From Dehalococcoidia bacterium (lineage in GTDB: Bacteria > Chloroflexota > Dehalococcoidia > Lucifugimonadales > JADFKI01): DNA of 64,000 nucleotides. Position 1 is the stretch's first letter; the number at the start of each line of letters is the position of its first letter. A model generated the notes under the pieces. The model was not told the origin of the DNA and searched no databases. It saw only the letters and a list, made by a program, of their open reading frames with translations. Made by a program: the position numbers and the translations under genes. The DNA lies in NCBI GenBank assembly GCA_965214635.1, contig OZ243964.1:1939696-2003695 (forward strand). The letters run 5' to 3'. Positions 62,643 to 64,000 of this stretch are shown in pieces.

Positions 62643-63829
62643 AGATTGACAAGTTGTCTCCACGCGCAAAAGCGTTTGCGGAGAAAATATTGGCGCTTGA
62701 ACTTTCAAAGAAACAGATGACCAACCCTCGTCTTGAAGCGCCGGACCCTGCAACGATACATGGGAAGATTACCGCCGACATCAAGAAGTTGAAGTCGAGG
62801 CTTGACGCATTCCAGAGGCAAATTGACAAGGAGTACGCCACACATTATGGGGAGTCTTTATCCTCCCAAAATGGGGTAGTCAAGTTGTCTCCACGCGCGA
62901 GAAATTTTGCCGAAAAAATAGTCGCGGTGGAGAACACCAAGTCTCAAATGCTTAATCCTGACATAGATCTGCTCAAAGCGGAGGCAATATACGACGAAAT
63001 TGTATCAGAATTCAAGAATCTGCAATCGCGATTGACCACATTTCAGAAACAGATTGACAAGGTATATTACAGCGTCAATCCTAACGCTCAGGATATACGC
63101 CCTGCACTGGAAGCTACAACTCTGTGGGACTTTCCAACGCAGAGCTACGGCACAACAAAAAAAGGCAACAGCAAATTCCAGGGCGTAACTCCGGCGTTCA
63201 TTATTTACAATATGGTGCAGCGATACACTGACCCGGGTGATGTTGTTCTTGATCCGATGTGCGGCAGTGGCACATCGCTTGATGTATGTAGAGAGGAAGG
63301 TCGCCAAATACACGCGTATGATCTTAGCCCGACCCGGGAAGACATTGTGGAAAATGACGCCCGAAGCATTCCCCTAGACGATGAATGCGTGGATATGGTG
63401 TTCATTGATTCTCCGTATGGGGATAACGTAAATTATTCTGATAATCCTGCCGATATTGGTAAGATTTCCGCCGAGGATGGCGACTTCTATGCTTCTCTAA
63501 GTAAGGTGGCCAAAGAATTGTATAGAGTGCTGAAACCGGGTAAGGTAATTGGTTGGCTCATTGGAGATCAATGGGTCAAACGAAAGTTCACGCCAGTTGG
63601 TTTCTACATCTATCAGATGCTAGAGAGTATGGATTTTGTGCCTGTCGACCTAATCTGCATTGCACGCAGAAACCAAAGTTCGAATACAGGCATATGGCAT
63701 TACCGGGCTATCAAGCATAACTTCTACCTGCGTGGTTTTAAGCATTTGATAATCATGCGAAAACCTTACGAAGGCGAAATTGTTGACAAATCTGAAATAA
63801 ACCGTCCTGCTTGGCAAAAGTACAAGTAA
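62633..63829 (+). CDS. DNA methyltransferase (N6-A/N4-C amino-MTase) with duplicated N-terminal module
   Basis: LWDFP..GVTPAFIIYNMVQRYTDPGDVVLDPMCGSGTS (motifs X and I) comes before VFIDSPYGD (motif IV) and LYRVLKPGKVIGWLIGD. The N-terminal 150 aa consists of two roughly 76-aa repeats. Confidence 0.8.
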   Translation: MSVEIDKLSPRAKAFAEKILALELSKKQMTNPRLEAPDPATIHGKITADIKKLKSRLDAFQRQIDKEYATHYGESLSSQNGVVKLSPRARNFAEKIVAVENTKSQMLNPDIDLLKAEAIYDEIVSEFKNLQSRLTTFQKQIDKVYYSVNPNAQDIRPALEATTLWDFPTQSYGTTKKGNSKFQGVTPAFIIYNMVQRYTDPGDVVLDPMCGSGTSLDVCREEGRQIHAYDLSPTREDIVENDARSIPLDDECVDMVFIDSPYGDNVNYSDNPADIGKISAEDGDFYASLSKVAKELYRVLKPGKVIGWLIGDQWVKRKFTPVGFYIYQMLESMDFVPVDLICIARRNQSSNTGIWHYRAIKHNFYLRGFKHLIIMRKPYEGEIVDKSEINRPAWQKYK

Positions 63830-64000
63830 CCCGCAAGCATACCCGTAAATTACGGCATGCTCCAAACTCCTGTGTCTTGGGGTAGCGTTTCTTGTCAAAG
63901 TCAGCAAAGGCGTTTATCGCTATAACCCTGATGTTGTGCATCAGAGGACGCTTGAAGACTTTACACCTGAACAGCGTAACGCGATTTTGAAACGCGATGG

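Noticed and set aside
63936-64000. Partial plus-strand frame (GTG)..HQRTLEDFTPEQRNAILKRD running off the window, possibly the N-terminus of an HNH nuclease.
   Set aside because: Only about 21 codons are visible, with no ATG and no catalytic motif yet. This is too little to annotate as a feature.
61689-64000. Mobile-element hallmarks (integrase, transposase, tRNA-adjacent att site) around the low-GC islands.
   Set aside because: None is visible within the window, so the islands are reported as compositional islands only and not as defined mobile elements.

Overview
This is a 64-kb chromosomal window from a high-GC bacterium. Most coding DNA looks above 60% GC by eye, and long antisense shadow ORFs are common. 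I support about 60 protein genes, two tRNAs (Leu-UAG, Ala-GGC) and one complete T-box leader. I found no rRNA, CRISPR array, transposase or integrase.

The backbone is housekeeping: obg-nadD, ileS, sixA, rsmD-coaD, rsmG, tenA-thiD, hom, an AddAB-type helicase-nuclease pair, cobH-cbiX, pcrA, rnd, speH-speE and pyrE. Interleaved with it are catabolic paralog families: two GMC oxidoreductases, an LLM flavin monooxygenase, a CaiB-type CoA-transferase, an enolase-superfamily enzyme, an SDR, a GGT and a peptide ABC importer. This mix, together with the T-box, the Uma2 nuclease and AddAB, suggests Chloroflexota, possibly SAR202-like. That placement is inference only.

Stand-out observations:
1. A dense bidirectional DnaA-box cluster at 5.7-6.3 kb, a candidate oriC with no dnaA in the window.
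2. A cassette of circularly permuted ATP-grasp, transglutaminase and a half-size alpha-E protein. The alpha-E protein ends in seven glutamines directly before the stop codon.
3. An AT-rich island at 61.7-64 kb carrying an overlapping restriction-modification pair. Its methyltransferase has a duplicated N-terminal module and a permuted motif order.
4. An AT-richer orphan three-gene island at 13.1-14.8 kb.
5. Several smaller repeats and palindromes.

All functional calls come from reading the translations and motifs from memory. No database search was run.
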